Below are positions 1-10,338 of a DNA stretch of 64,000 nucleotides, one piece after another. The translations under genes and the position numbers were made by a program. How positions within the stretch are numbered: position 1 is the first letter of the stretch; every line of letters begins with the position of its first letter. Source of the stretch: Acidobacteriota bacterium (GTDB lineage: Bacteria > Acidobacteriota > UBA6911); the NCBI GenBank assembly GCA_963664705.1, contig OY761556.1:6432001-6496000 (forward strand), in the 5' to 3' direction. The notes beneath the pieces were generated by a model, which saw nothing but the letters and a program-made list of their open reading frames with translations, had not been told where the DNA came from and did no database searches.

Positions 1-943
1 GCATGCACTGACGGATCAGGATTGCGCCACGTTGGGTACCGCAGCCAATATGCGCTACGCCGCAATCAAGGTAGCTGGTTTCTGTGATCTCACGGTTGTT
101 GCCGTTTGCACCGGCGGAGTCGAAACCAATGCCGGACGCGCAGGCGATCCTGCGTCTGTGTATGAATGCAATGGATCTTATGAAAAGGTCTCGGTGGAAG
201 AACCTGTATTGCACGGCACCATCAATACCATGCTGTTCATTAGTCATGAATTGACGGAAGGAGCCATGGTGCGTGCCGTTATTACGGCAACCGAAGCAAA
301 AACGGCTGTCTTGCAGGAACTCGCTGTTGGTTCACGCTATTCCACAGGATTAGCGACAGGCACAGAAACAGATCAAATCGGGGTTGCCGCACGGCTGAAC
401 ACTGATTCAATCCTGACCGGTGCTGGGAATCACTGTGTTTTAGGCGAGTTCATCGGAAAGACCGTACATGATGCTGTTCTGGAAACGTTGAAGCTCCAGA
501 ACTCCTTGACTTCGGAAAGCTGTCGTTCGACTGTTTATCATTTGCAAAGATTTGGTGTTACGCGCGAATCCTTGATTCACGATGTAAATTTACATCTTTC
601 CGGCGACAAAGCAGCTCTTTTTGAGAACAATTTTGTGGTAGTGGAACGAGATCCACTGGTTGTCGCCGCTATTGCAGCTCTTGTGCACATCCATGATGAA
701 ATCACATGGGGCATTCTTCCTTCCGGATGTGTGCCCGAGCTATGGGCAACCTATGGCGCACAGATAGCCGCTGCAATATCGGGAGATTATACTCGCTTGC
801 CCGGCTATCGGGATGTCCTCGCTGCTGCCCAGAGCTCGGCATTAGCCAGGGATTTTTTACAGCTGGTCGCGCGTGCCATAGCAATTGGATTTTCAGAAAA
901 ATGGGAGGATACAGACATAGAAGCCGCAGCAATTATGGAATAG
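1..943 (+). CDS. cbiZ: Adenosylcobinamide amidohydrolase (CbiZ family), 5'-truncated by the window edge
   Basis: Frame is open from the window start. Motifs GTAANM, TGGV..NA.RAGDPA, GTINTML, TATEAK, ATGTETD; next to cobamide genes. Confidence 0.8.
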   Translation, partial: HALTDQDCATLGTAANMRYAAIKVAGFCDLTVVAVCTGGVETNAGRAGDPASVYECNGSYEKVSVEEPVLHGTINTMLFISHELTEGAMVRAVITATEAKTAVLQELAVGSRYSTGLATGTETDQIGVAARLNTDSILTGAGNHCVLGEFIGKTVHDAVLETLKLQNSLTSESCRSTVYHLQRFGVTRESLIHDVNLHLSGDKAALFENNFVVVERDPLVVAAIAALVHIHDEITWGILPSGCVPELWATYGAQIAAAISGDYTRLPGYRDVLAAAQSSALARDFLQLVARAIAIGFSEKWEDTDIEAAAIME

Positions 944-1070
944 CGTCAGCGCATAGCCGGCTGTGAAGCTGGAAATTGTTTTTTGGAGGAAAATGCGAAC
1001 TCATACTTTGAATTCTTCTTGACACTGATTGTTTGCATTTCTAGTATGAGCCGCGAAAATTGAGTTGAGT

Positions 1071-1242
1071 ATCCGGATATCGGCCCATTGGGCCGTTTGA
1101 AGGGAAACCGGTGAAAATCCGGTACGGACCCGCCGCTGTGATCGGGGACGAAACCCGCACAAAGCCACTGTTCCATCATCAAATGGGACGGGAAGGCGCG
1201 GGAAGTAGGTCGATCCGAAAGTCAGAAGACCTGGTATCCGGT
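1071..1242 (+). ncRNA. Cobalamin (AdoCbl) riboswitch
   Basis: AAGGGAAaccGGTGAAAATCCggtaCgGaCCCgcCgCTGTgA ... GCCACTG ... GGGAAGG ... AGTCAGAAGACCTG core, with terminal ccggata/tatccgg pairing; upstream of the bza operon. Confidence 0.93.
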
Positions 1243-1263
1243 GTACGCTCCAGAGGAGATGGT

Positions 1264-1302
1264 AAATCCTCAGGCGCTAATCGTGCGCTTGGGGATTTTT
1301 TT
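1264..1302 (+). terminator. Intrinsic terminator, likely expression platform of the riboswitch
   Basis: aaatcctcaggcgc / gcgcttggggattt stem (with G-U pairs) followed by a T-run, between the riboswitch and bzaF. Confidence 0.7.
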
Positions 1303-1373
1303 ATTCCCGGCGCCATATTCAAGCGCTCTCACACCATCGATGGAAGAGACGCGGAACCGTCGGGAGGTATACC

Positions 1374-2684
1374 ATGTCTACTCAGGTTGAACTGGCATCA
1401 CAAGGAATCATCACACCAGCAATCCAGGAAATCGCAGCACAGGAAGGTCACGAGCCTGAAACCATCCGTCAACGCATTGCGGACGGCCAGATCGTGGCTC
1501 CGCTCAATTCAAGCAGGCCATGCCGCGTTGTCGGCATCGGTATGGGGCTTCGCTCCAAGGTCAATGCAAGCATCGGAACATCAACCGACATCATCGATAT
1601 TGATGCCGAAGTCCGAAAAGCAAAGGCTGCCGAAGCGGCCGGCGCGGATACTTTGATGGAGCTTTCCGTGGGAGGTGATCTCAACGCCGTCCGTCGTGAA
1701 GTCCTTGCTGCCGTAAATCTGCCGGTTGGAAATGTTCCGCTGTACCAGGCATTCTGCGAAGCAACTCGCCGGCATGGCGACCCGAATAAACTTGATGAAG
1801 AGCTGTTGTTTGATCTCATCGAGCAACAATGCGCGGATGGGATTGCCTTCATGGCCGTTCACTGTGGGATCAACCTGTACACGATCGAGCGGCTCGAACG
1901 CCAGGGCTATCGCTATGGCGGGCTTGTCAGCAAGGGCGGCACATCCATGGTTTCATGGATGAAGGCGAATAAACGGGAAAATCCGCTCTATGAGAAGTTC
2001 GACCGCGTGGTGGGAATCCTCAAAAAATACGACACAGTGCTTTCTCTTGGGAACGGTCTTCGCTCGGGAGCTATTTGGGATTCCTTCGATCGCGCGATGG
2101 TACAGGAGCTGCTCATCAACTGCGAGCTTGCCGAACTCGGGCGCAAGATGGGTTGCCAGATGATGGTGGAAGGGCCGGGACACGTTCCCATTGACGAGAT
2201 CGAGGCAAATATCATTTTGCAGAAGCGCATGAGCAACAACGCACCCTACTACATGCTGGGGCCGATTCCGACCGATGTCGCCGCCGGGTATGATCATGTA
2301 GCGGCCGCAATCGGCGCAGCTCACAGCGCCCGATACGGAGCAGACCTCATCTGCTATATTACTCCTTCCGAGCACCTCGCTTTGCCGAACGAGGCGGATG
2401 TCGTCGAAGGCGTTCGCGTCGCCCGTGTGGGCGCATATATCGGCGACATGGCCAAGTACCCGGAAAAAACTAAATCAAGAGATAGAGCCATGAGCAAAGC
2501 GCGACGCGATCTGGACTGGAACGGGCAGTATACCAATGCCCTGTTTCCTAAGGAAGCCAAGGCGATCCGCGACAGCCGCGTGCCCAACAATAAGGAAGTG
2601 TGCACGATGTGCGGCGATCTTTGCGCCAACAAAGCCTCTTTCAATCTGTTCCGACATCTGCTCGACGGGACGGAGAAAGCCTGA
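1374..2684 (+). CDS. bzaF: 5-hydroxybenzimidazole synthase (ThiC paralogue)
   Basis: ThiC fold with C-terminal CTMCGDLC. GLVSKGG and SLGNGLR replace ThiC GIVSRGG and SLGDGLR. Preceded by a B12 rather than TPP riboswitch; RBS ggagg. Confidence 0.85.
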   Translation: MSTQVELASQGIITPAIQEIAAQEGHEPETIRQRIADGQIVAPLNSSRPCRVVGIGMGLRSKVNASIGTSTDIIDIDAEVRKAKAAEAAGADTLMELSVGGDLNAVRREVLAAVNLPVGNVPLYQAFCEATRRHGDPNKLDEELLFDLIEQQCADGIAFMAVHCGINLYTIERLERQGYRYGGLVSKGGTSMVSWMKANKRENPLYEKFDRVVGILKKYDTVLSLGNGLRSGAIWDSFDRAMVQELLINCELAELGRKMGCQMMVEGPGHVPIDEIEANIILQKRMSNNAPYYMLGPIPTDVAAGYDHVAAAIGAAHSARYGADLICYITPSEHLALPNEADVVEGVRVARVGAYIGDMAKYPEKTKSRDRAMSKARRDLDWNGQYTNALFPKEAKAIRDSRVPNNKEVCTMCGDLCANKASFNLFRHLLDGTEKA

Positions 2685-2691
2685 ATCAGCA

Positions 2692-4260
2692 ATGAGCATT
2701 CCTTACCTGCATACAGATATTGCTTCCGAGGATTTCCAGATTCTTGAAGATCTCGCTACTGCGAGCTGGTATTCGGAGGTTCTTTTCGCTGCCATCGAGC
2801 TCGGCATATTCGAAGCGCTATCGGAGAATCCACGGTCATCGGAGGATCTCGCAACAAAGCTGGACTATGATCGTGACAGCATGGCCCGCTTCCTGGAAGT
2901 GCTGGGTTCTTTAGGGCTCATCGTGGTTCGCGACGGGAATTACGAAAACGGCCCGCTCGCTGCAAGATTTCTGGTGCGTGGCAGCGAATGGTATGCAGGG
3001 CATTTCCTCGATTACAGAAAATTCCTCGCTCCTGGCTGGAAACGGCTTCCGGCCAGGATTCGCTCAGGCGTATCCGCCAACAACAGACCAGAGACCGAAG
3101 CGCCCGAAGTCTACCAGGAAAGAGTTTTTGCTTATGTTCGTGCTATGGATTTCCAGGCCCGGATCAAGGCAGAGAGTGTTTTGCGGAATCCATCTCTTCT
3201 TGCTGAGACAAGCGTGCAGAGTCTGCTCGATATCGGTGGAGGAGCCGGCGCATGGTGTAGGGCGCTGCTCGTGAAATGGCCTGAGGCTCGCGCGCTGCTG
3301 CTGGATCTTCCGGAAACTCTTGCGGCTGCCCAAAGACTATATCCCAATACAACCAGCTGGAAAGGAATCGAAATGATTGCCGGCGATGGACTCGCTCTGG
3401 ATATCGGGAGCCGGAAATTCGACCTCGTAATCCTTTCAAATATCCTTCATGCATACGGGAAAGCCGAGGCAGCTCAACTGCTGAACGAAGCTGTACAAGC
3501 CCTTGCGCCGGGCGGACAGATTCTGATTCATGACTATTTGGCGGATGGACACAGGTCCAGCCCTTTGAAGGGCAGACTCTACGATCTGCACATGCTGCTC
3601 AACACATACAATGGACGAATCTATTCTCTTGAGGAACTCCAGAAAATGCTTTCTGCTGCAGGCATCGAAAATAGCCGCCTCTTTCATCTTGAAACCGACA
3701 CATCAATTCTACTGGCTTCGAAGGATGGATCAAGCAAGCACCAGTCGTTGGATGACGGCGACATGGCCGAGGCGCATGCCAAAGCGGTCGGCTTCAACTA
3801 TGCGCGAGTTATCGAAGCTCGTGAGATCGTTACGGAACCCTGGGTCAGGATCAAGTGCGAACAGGGATGTGCTCACTTCGGCAATTCATTGAGCTGTCCT
3901 CCCCATTCGCTCAGCCTTGAGAAAATGCGGGAAGTATTATCAACATACACCCATGCTCTGCTGGTCCAGGCAACTCCGCCCCCTCAATCATTCCACGAAC
4001 GGCTTCTGGCTCTCGAGCGCGATTTGTTTCTTAATGGCCATCCCGAAGCGCTTGCATTCGGCGCCGGTCCATGCCCGGTTTGCCCAACTTGTTCAACCGA
4101 CGGCAAGTGTCGATACCCCGACCTCGCAAGACCATCGCTTGAAGCGTGTTGTGTGGATGTTTATGAGACCGCCCACCGTGCAGGGCTTGCACTGGAACCC
4201 CTTCGTCACCCAATGAGCTACGTGAAGTATGTTGGGCTCGTGCTTTTTAGGAAGAGGTGA
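2692..4260 (+). CDS. bzaC: SAM-dependent O-methyltransferase fused to a Cys-rich DUF2284-like domain (BzaC-like)
   Basis: Dimerisation domain plus LDIGGGAG motif. C-terminal domain with KCEQGC, SCPP, GPCPVCPTC, CRYP..ARPSLEAC. Start moved to ATG 2692, just after the bzaF stop. Confidence 0.75.
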   Translation: MSIPYLHTDIASEDFQILEDLATASWYSEVLFAAIELGIFEALSENPRSSEDLATKLDYDRDSMARFLEVLGSLGLIVVRDGNYENGPLAARFLVRGSEWYAGHFLDYRKFLAPGWKRLPARIRSGVSANNRPETEAPEVYQERVFAYVRAMDFQARIKAESVLRNPSLLAETSVQSLLDIGGGAGAWCRALLVKWPEARALLLDLPETLAAAQRLYPNTTSWKGIEMIAGDGLALDIGSRKFDLVILSNILHAYGKAEAAQLLNEAVQALAPGGQILIHDYLADGHRSSPLKGRLYDLHMLLNTYNGRIYSLEELQKMLSAAGIENSRLFHLETDTSILLASKDGSSKHQSLDDGDMAEAHAKAVGFNYARVIEAREIVTEPWVRIKCEQGCAHFGNSLSCPPHSLSLEKMREVLSTYTHALLVQATPPPQSFHERLLALERDLFLNGHPEALAFGAGPCPVCPTCSTDGKCRYPDLARPSLEACCVDVYETAHRAGLALEPLRHPMSYVKYVGLVLFRKR

Positions 4261-4263
4261 GCA

Positions 4264-5601
4264 ATGCGTATTTTGCTGGTCCAGGCAGTTTCAACCCAGG
4301 ATTGCAGGGAACTCGTCTTCCCTCTGGGCCTCGCAAGGATATCCGCATCGCTCCGCGGCCGTCACGAAGTTCGAGGGTTGGATTTGAACACTGATCCCTT
4401 TCCCTGGCCGGGCCTGATCGACGTGCTTCATGAATTCAAACCACAGACGATTGCTATTTCCTTCAGAAATCTTGATCCCCTGGCAGGCAGTCTCGTTTCC
4501 TTTGTGCCACATTTAAAGACTCTCGCCGCTATCATCCATAAACACTCAGTAGATTCCACCATCATGCTCGGAGGAGCAGCTTTCACGCTTTTCCCCAAAC
4601 GTTTGATGGAGGAAATTCCGGAAGTTCACCTTGGCTTTTGCGGAGAAGCAGATACCGGCTTCGCTGTGCTTCTTGACAATATCACCTCTCCTAGCAAAAG
4701 CCCCGGTGTACTGTGGCGAAATGGATCTGAAATCAGGGGAGACGGTGACATTGCACGCTGCGAATGCACCATGGACGAACTACCTCTTCCGGACTGGCAG
4801 TTGTTTGGTCCGGACCGGTATCAGAATCTGAACCACTATGTGTCATTCATGGGCGTTGAAACGAAACGTGGTTGCCCTAACCGATGCCGCTATTGCCTAT
4901 ATCCAAAACTCCAGGGAAGCCGTCTCAGGTTACGCTCTTCGGAAAAGGTCGTTGATGAAATAGAAGCCATGCAGCGGGATTTTCAAATTAAGCTTGTGCA
5001 CTTTACAGATCCTGTCCTCAATCAGCCGGCCGAACACCTGAAGTCAATTTGCAGGGAGATTTTGAGGAGGCGCCTCGATGTTGGGTGGACCGGCTTTTTC
5101 CGTGAGGACATGCTGTCGGCAGAAGACATGGATCTCTATCTGAAAGCCGGATTAGCGGCCTGCTATTTTTCAGGCGACGGAACTACGGATCGGGCGCTCA
5201 AGCTTCTCGGCAAGGGGTATGACTTGGACATGATGATGCGGGGCGCTAAGATCGCAGCGGCCAGCGGTGTCCTCACCGTTTATCATTTTCTCGTCAATCT
5301 CCCAGGGGAGACAAAAAGGACCGTTGATGACACGCGTTCTTTGATTGAGCATCTCTTTGCAATCCATGCGGCCAGAGGGAATCTAGGAGCCGTGGTCATC
5401 AATAATCTCCGCCTCTATCCCGGAGCATCTCTTACCGAAACAATCATCCGCCGGAAGCTGATAGATCCCAGACAAGACTTGCTTTACCCGACATACTTTA
5501 ATCCTCCGCCCTGGGACTCCCTACGTCATGAACTGAACGCACTCTGCATGGAGCAAAGTACGCTGCGTTACCTTGAAACCCAACGAACTTCGGTCACATA
5601 A
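4264..5601 (+). CDS. bzaD: B12-binding radical SAM enzyme (BzaD-like)
   Basis: N-terminal B12-binding domain (FPLGLA), RGCPNRCRYC. Naming is from its position after bzaF-bzaC. Confidence 0.6.
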   Translation: MRILLVQAVSTQDCRELVFPLGLARISASLRGRHEVRGLDLNTDPFPWPGLIDVLHEFKPQTIAISFRNLDPLAGSLVSFVPHLKTLAAIIHKHSVDSTIMLGGAAFTLFPKRLMEEIPEVHLGFCGEADTGFAVLLDNITSPSKSPGVLWRNGSEIRGDGDIARCECTMDELPLPDWQLFGPDRYQNLNHYVSFMGVETKRGCPNRCRYCLYPKLQGSRLRLRSSEKVVDEIEAMQRDFQIKLVHFTDPVLNQPAEHLKSICREILRRRLDVGWTGFFREDMLSAEDMDLYLKAGLAACYFSGDGTTDRALKLLGKGYDLDMMMRGAKIAAASGVLTVYHFLVNLPGETKRTVDDTRSLIEHLFAIHAARGNLGAVVINNLRLYPGASLTETIIRRKLIDPRQDLLYPTYFNPPPWDSLRHELNALCMEQSTLRYLETQRTSVT

Positions 5602-5605
5602 GCAT

Positions 5606-7105
5606 ATGGTGAATTCATCGAATATAGTTCTGCTCGAACACCCACGCGTTCCTTCCGCAGATCACTTCAATGACATTGCGAATACTCCGCTATGGTCTTG
5701 TCTGATGACCGGCTATGCGGCATCCGCGCTTGTCAATTCAGGCCACAACGTAAGGATAATGGACGCAGCCGAAGTCTCATTTGAAAAAACTGCCGAAATG
5801 CTGATGGAAGCCGCCCCGGATATTCTTGCGGTTCACGCGGTTTATTTCTGGGAAAATACTGGAAAACTTTTCGACATGCTCGGCGAATTGAGACGGAAGG
5901 CGTACCGCGGAACGATCTGTCTTTTCGGTTTTTTCCCGACGCTGGTCTGGCAGGACATTCTTCAGGAGGTGGAAGCGGTCGATTGCGTCGTTGTCGGCGA
6001 GCCGGAGGATGTGCTGGTCGAACTCGCAGCAGGCATCGCTTCCTCTGGAGAACCGCAGCCATCGCCCGGGCTGGCGGTAAGGCGCCAAGGCAGGCCAGTG
6101 CTTGCCTGTCTCCATGAATCTATAGCGCCACTCGACAGGCTTCCGTTCCCCGCAAGGCCCAACCTCGAAAATGACCAAACTATCAGCATTCTTGCAAGTC
6201 GTGGCTGCTACAACGGGTGTTCTTTCTGCCTTGTCCCGACTATCGATGGAGGCAGGCCCGTCTGGCGAGGTCGCTCAGTCGCCAGCATTACGGCAGAGAT
6301 CAATGATCTCGTGATGCGCGGGAAAAATGATTTCTATTTTGTGGATCCAAACTTTGTCGGGCCCGGTGAGATGGGGCAAACGAGCGCTATCACGCTCGCC
6401 GATGCACTTTCAGAGTTATGCATTACCTTCGGACTGGAGACCAGGGCGAACGATGTTACGAAACCTCTTCTTAGATCCTTGCGCAACGCAGGTCTCACAA
6501 GCATGCTTCTCGGCATAGAAAGCGCCAGCCAACAGGTCCTCCATAGACTATTTAAGCGGACCAATGTTGATGAGAACGAAAGGGCAATTGTCGAAGTTCG
6601 TGATGCAGGAATAGATCCGGAAATTGGATTCATTATGTTCGATCCGATGAGCACTATTGAGGATATCCAAAAGAACCTGGATTTCCTCGAACGTAATCGT
6701 CTCCTCAGCCGTTTGGGCCGGACTGTAAACCTCTTGTGTCATGAACAAATAGCGTTCAAAGGAACACCCGGTTATCGGATTGCAGAAAAGCAGGGCACAA
6801 TGGCCGCGGAAGGTCTTTTCGGATTTGAGGGAAGGTTAAGATATGAAGACTGGCGTGTTGGATGGTTAGCCGGGATGATGAAGTTAATATGTGGAAGGAT
6901 CCTGACTCAAATGGGAAAACAAGATTCACAGATCCACTGGCGGATTGAGAGTTCCGGTGCAGGTCCTTTCCAGACAGTTAACGATAATCTGGTGGACTCA
7001 TTCAGGAAGCTGCATGACACGGCCGCACATCTGGCAAGCCAGCCGGAAGAAGCCTGGACTCGAAGCCAGCTGGCCGGCGCGCTGAACAAAATTTATAAAG
7101 CATAA
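5606..7105 (+). CDS. bzaE: B12-binding radical SAM enzyme (BzaE-like)
   Basis: B12-binding domain, VVGEPE, SRGCYNGCSFC, GIESAS. Last gene of the operon; naming is from synteny. Confidence 0.55.
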   Translation: MVNSSNIVLLEHPRVPSADHFNDIANTPLWSCLMTGYAASALVNSGHNVRIMDAAEVSFEKTAEMLMEAAPDILAVHAVYFWENTGKLFDMLGELRRKAYRGTICLFGFFPTLVWQDILQEVEAVDCVVVGEPEDVLVELAAGIASSGEPQPSPGLAVRRQGRPVLACLHESIAPLDRLPFPARPNLENDQTISILASRGCYNGCSFCLVPTIDGGRPVWRGRSVASITAEINDLVMRGKNDFYFVDPNFVGPGEMGQTSAITLADALSELCITFGLETRANDVTKPLLRSLRNAGLTSMLLGIESASQQVLHRLFKRTNVDENERAIVEVRDAGIDPEIGFIMFDPMSTIEDIQKNLDFLERNRLLSRLGRTVNLLCHEQIAFKGTPGYRIAEKQGTMAAEGLFGFEGRLRYEDWRVGWLAGMMKLICGRILTQMGKQDSQIHWRIESSGAGPFQTVNDNLVDSFRKLHDTAAHLASQPEEAWTRSQLAGALNKIYKA

Positions 7106-7150
7106 AAGAAGGCGGACGCGAGAACGCAGCATCAGCTGTCGCCACTCAAG

Positions 7151-7765
7151 TCAGGCATCTTGGATTCGGGCAGCTAACGGCGGCTTTATCTGTTCCTGGA
7201 CACGGAGAATGGCCCCGGATGGCAGTATAGCTTTGATACCTTCAATATCCTGATGGCTGAGTAAGCCGCGAGCAAAAGTGGTCCGAAACTCATGGTTCAC
7301 GTCGCTTTCGGTCAACAGCCGGATGCTGGCTTTCAGGTTGTCGACTTCAGCTCTTGTTCCGGATAATAAATCATATTTTCCCCAGGGAGCTTTGATGTCC
7401 ATCGCGACATAACTCAAGGTCCCCACAGCCAGCAATTTTTCGATCGTGTGTGGGCGACTGCCGTTCGTGTCTAACTTTATGGCGAATCCCATTCGATGTA
7501 TCTCTTCAATAAATTCAGGCAGATCCGCTTGCAACGTAGGTTCTCCTCCACATAAAACAACTCCATTAAGGACACCCTTGCGATAATGAAGCTTCTCCAG
7601 AATACCTGAAGGAGGAATCAGCCGATCAGCGGACACAATTGATGAAAGCAGGCTTTGGTTGTGACAATAGGGACAGCGGAAGTTGCATCCTTGTAAAAAG
7701 ACCACGGCTGCCACCTTTCCCGGGAAATCACACAAGCTGCAGGATTGGAATCCGCCGATATTCAT
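7151..7765 (-). CDS. nrdG: Anaerobic ribonucleotide reductase activating enzyme
   Basis: GCNFRCPYCHN, GGEPTLQ, KLDTNG; overlaps the nrdD stop (ATGA). Confidence 0.92.
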   Translation of the reverse strand: MNIGGFQSCSLCDFPGKVAAVVFLQGCNFRCPYCHNQSLLSSIVSADRLIPPSGILEKLHYRKGVLNGVVLCGGEPTLQADLPEFIEEIHRMGFAIKLDTNGSRPHTIEKLLAVGTLSYVAMDIKAPWGKYDLLSGTRAEVDNLKASIRLLTESDVNHEFRTTFARGLLSHQDIEGIKAILPSGAILRVQEQIKPPLAARIQDA

Positions 7766-9903
7766 CTTGTTGCCTCAATATGAAAAGATTGACGTATGGT
7801 AAATTCCGCCTGCTTGCCCGCATTCCATTGATTTACCGGCCGCAGATAACCGACAACGCGTGAGTAGACTTCGGTGTCCTTCTGACACTGAGGACACTGA
7901 GGAATTGCTCCTTTGATATAACCGTGCTCCGCGCAGATTGAAAATGAAGGAGTGAGGGTGAAGTAGGGAAGGCGGTAATTTGCGCAGATTGCGCGCACGA
8001 ATTGCTTTACAGCTTCGGGATCGGGAACGGCCTCTCCAAGAAAAATATGCTGAACGGTCCCTCCCGTATATCTTGATTGAAGCTCATCCTGCAGATCCAT
8101 AACCTGAAATATGTCGTTAGAATAATTGACCGGCAGTTGAGTTGAATTCGTGTAGAAGGGTTCAATGTCCGCCGACGGGCGAGCAGATTGAATATCGGGA
8201 TATAGTTTAGCATCCATGCGAGCCAGGCGATAGCTCGTTCCTTCTGCGGGAGTGGCCTCCAGGTTATAGAGATTTCCCGTTTCATCCTGAAATTTTCCGA
8301 GCTGCTCGCGCATAGAATCCAGCACGCGACAGGCAAATGCGCGTCCTTCCGGAGATCCAATATCCTTTCCCAACAGGTTGAGACAAGCTTCATTCATGCC
8401 CACCAGGCCGATTGTAGAGAAATGATTCTTCCAATAGCAACCGAATCGCTTGCGAATATCGCGCAGATAAAAGCGCGTATAAGGATACAAATCCTGATCG
8501 GTAAACTGCTCGAGCACCTTGCGCTTGATTTCCAGGCTTGTCTTGGCAATTTCCATGAGCAAACTCAGTTGCTGCATAAATTCGGATTCGCTTTTCGACA
8601 AATAGCCAAGCCGGGGCATATTGATTGTTACGACTCCAATAGAACCCGTAAGAGGATTTGCACCAAAGAGTCCGCCGCCGCGGCGTTCCAGCACTCTCGT
8701 GTCCAGGCGCAAGCGGCAACACATGGATCGCGCATCATCCGGCGACATGTCGGAATTGACAAAATTGGCAAAATAGGGAATTCCGTATTTTGCCGTGGCT
8801 TCCCATAGCGGATTCAATCCCGGATTCTCCCAGTCGAATTCCGCCGTAATGTTGTATGTGGGAATTGGGAAAGTGAATACGCGCCCATTAGCATCGCCTT
8901 CAGTCAGAATTTCCAAAAAAGCGCGGTTGAAGACATTCATTTCATGCTGAAATTCGCCGTAACACTCCTGCTGCGGCTCGCCGCCGATTATCACAGGGTG
9001 ATTCGCCAGATGGCGCGGCGGCTGCAGATCCAGCGTCACATTTGAAAATGGAGTCTGAAATCCAACGCGCGTGGGCACATTGACATTGAACAGAAACTCC
9101 TGAAGCGCCTGTTTGACTTCGCGCTCATCAAGTTCATCCGCACGGATAAATGGGGCCAAAAGCGTATCGAAGTTTGAAAAAGCCTGCGCTCCGGCAGCTT
9201 CTCCCTGCAGCGTGTAGAAGAAATTGACGATCTGCCCGAGGATTGAACGGAAATGGCGAGCGGGGCGGCTGGCGGCCTTGCCCGGCACTCCCATGAATCC
9301 TGACCGCAGCAAATCCTGCAAATCCCATCCCACACAATAAACGGAAAGAAGTCCGAGATCGTGCAAATGCAAGCTGCCGCTCACATGCGCTTCGCGCACT
9401 TCGGCAGGATAAATTTTATTGAGCCAATAGATCTCGCTGACGTGCCCGGCAATGTAATTATTCAAGCCCTGTAGTGAATAGGCCATATTGCTGTTTTCCT
9501 TGATCTTCCAATCCGATCGTTTCAGATATTGGTCGATCAAGTCCAGATCCGCCTGTTGCACCATTTCGCGGATACGGGCGTGCTGATCGCGATAGAGGAT
9601 GTAAGCCTTCGCTGTCTTCTTAAAAGGAGAAGCTAGTAGAGTCTCTTCGACCAGGTCCTGAATCCTCTCAACGGTTGGGATTGATGGCTGGAGCATACAA
9701 TGCGCAACGGCAAGGACTCTGCAGGTGAGAGATAGCGCCATTTCCTCTGAGAACTCACCTGTGGCATGGCCTGCCTTCAAAATCGCCCGAGCAATTTTCT
9801 GACTGTCAAATGGAACAAGTCGCCCATCGCGCTTGCGAATTTGCTCGAACCGGACAGTTGGCTGCTCGATAGCATTTGGGATTGCCATTGTGCTATTGGA
9901 CAT
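7762..9903 (-). CDS. nrdD: Class III anaerobic ribonucleoside-triphosphate reductase with ATP cone
   Basis: IRKRDG ATP cone, SMCCRL, YSRVVGYLRP glycyl-radical motif, CxxH...CxxC zinc site. Confidence 0.95.
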   Translation of the reverse strand: MSNSTMAIPNAIEQPTVRFEQIRKRDGRLVPFDSQKIARAILKAGHATGEFSEEMALSLTCRVLAVAHCMLQPSIPTVERIQDLVEETLLASPFKKTAKAYILYRDQHARIREMVQQADLDLIDQYLKRSDWKIKENSNMAYSLQGLNNYIAGHVSEIYWLNKIYPAEVREAHVSGSLHLHDLGLLSVYCVGWDLQDLLRSGFMGVPGKAASRPARHFRSILGQIVNFFYTLQGEAAGAQAFSNFDTLLAPFIRADELDEREVKQALQEFLFNVNVPTRVGFQTPFSNVTLDLQPPRHLANHPVIIGGEPQQECYGEFQHEMNVFNRAFLEILTEGDANGRVFTFPIPTYNITAEFDWENPGLNPLWEATAKYGIPYFANFVNSDMSPDDARSMCCRLRLDTRVLERRGGGLFGANPLTGSIGVVTINMPRLGYLSKSESEFMQQLSLLMEIAKTSLEIKRKVLEQFTDQDLYPYTRFYLRDIRKRFGCYWKNHFSTIGLVGMNEACLNLLGKDIGSPEGRAFACRVLDSMREQLGKFQDETGNLYNLEATPAEGTSYRLARMDAKLYPDIQSARPSADIEPFYTNSTQLPVNYSNDIFQVMDLQDELQSRYTGGTVQHIFLGEAVPDPEAVKQFVRAICANYRLPYFTLTPSFSICAEHGYIKGAIPQCPQCQKDTEVYSRVVGYLRPVNQWNAGKQAEFTIRQSFHIEATR

Positions 9904-10096
9904 TTGAGTCTTTCCTCCTAAGCGCCGCGAGCAGATACGCTCCGTTCGGGTGTCTGAGAACTTGTCTGTAGGGGCAGAAGAAAATCCGTTTCGCAGCTTC
10001 AGCTGAACAATGTGATTTTCAATCTGGGAGAGAATACGACATGCAGGCTCCCAAGCCGCCCCTCGGCAACTGGTTATTGTTGATAAAGCTTCTTTG

Positions 10097-10264
10097 CTAT
10101 CGGCAGGTTTTCGGACTTACAGGCATGCTGCCTAACCCTAATTGCCGTCGCTTCCCAGTTCCAAAAAACCAGTGCTTATTTGACGGCGTTCGTTCCTGCT
10201 TACCGCTGCGGGGCAGTCCCAGACTTTCACCGGGTTCCCTTTTGGTCAATGTGATAACCGATAA
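10097..10264 (-). ncRNA. Cobalamin riboswitch upstream of nrdDG
   Basis: Minus strand reads AAGGGAAcccGGTGAAAgTCtggGACTGCCCgCAgCgGTAA ... GCACTGG ... TGGGAAG ... AGTCCGAAAACCTGCCG. Confidence 0.9.
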
Positions 10265-10267
10265 CCT

Positions 10268-10314
10268 ACACAATATATTGGGGTGGCGACGGCATTGTCA
10301 ACAACTTATTGTGG
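10268..10314 (-). promoter_or_regulatory. Tandem NrdR boxes overlapping a sigma70 promoter of nrdDG
   Basis: acacaatatattgggg (10268-10283) and caacaacttattgtgg (10299-10314) match acaCwAtATaTwGtg and start 31 bp apart. The minus strand has TTGACA-N18-TATATT. Confidence 0.82.
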
Positions 10315-10338
10315 CTGTATCGCTTCTATTTCGGTAGC

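Noticed and set aside
1111-1656. 181-aa ORF
   Set aside because: Runs through the riboswitch and terminator and overlaps bzaF out of frame.
1374-2684. Calling this gene thiC
   Set aside because: The cobalamin riboswitch, Bza-type substitutions (SKGG, GNGLR) and downstream bzaC-like gene favour bzaF.
2536-2691. N-terminal extension of the 574-aa ORF
   Set aside because: It overlaps bzaF in another frame; ATG 2692 fits the operon spacing.
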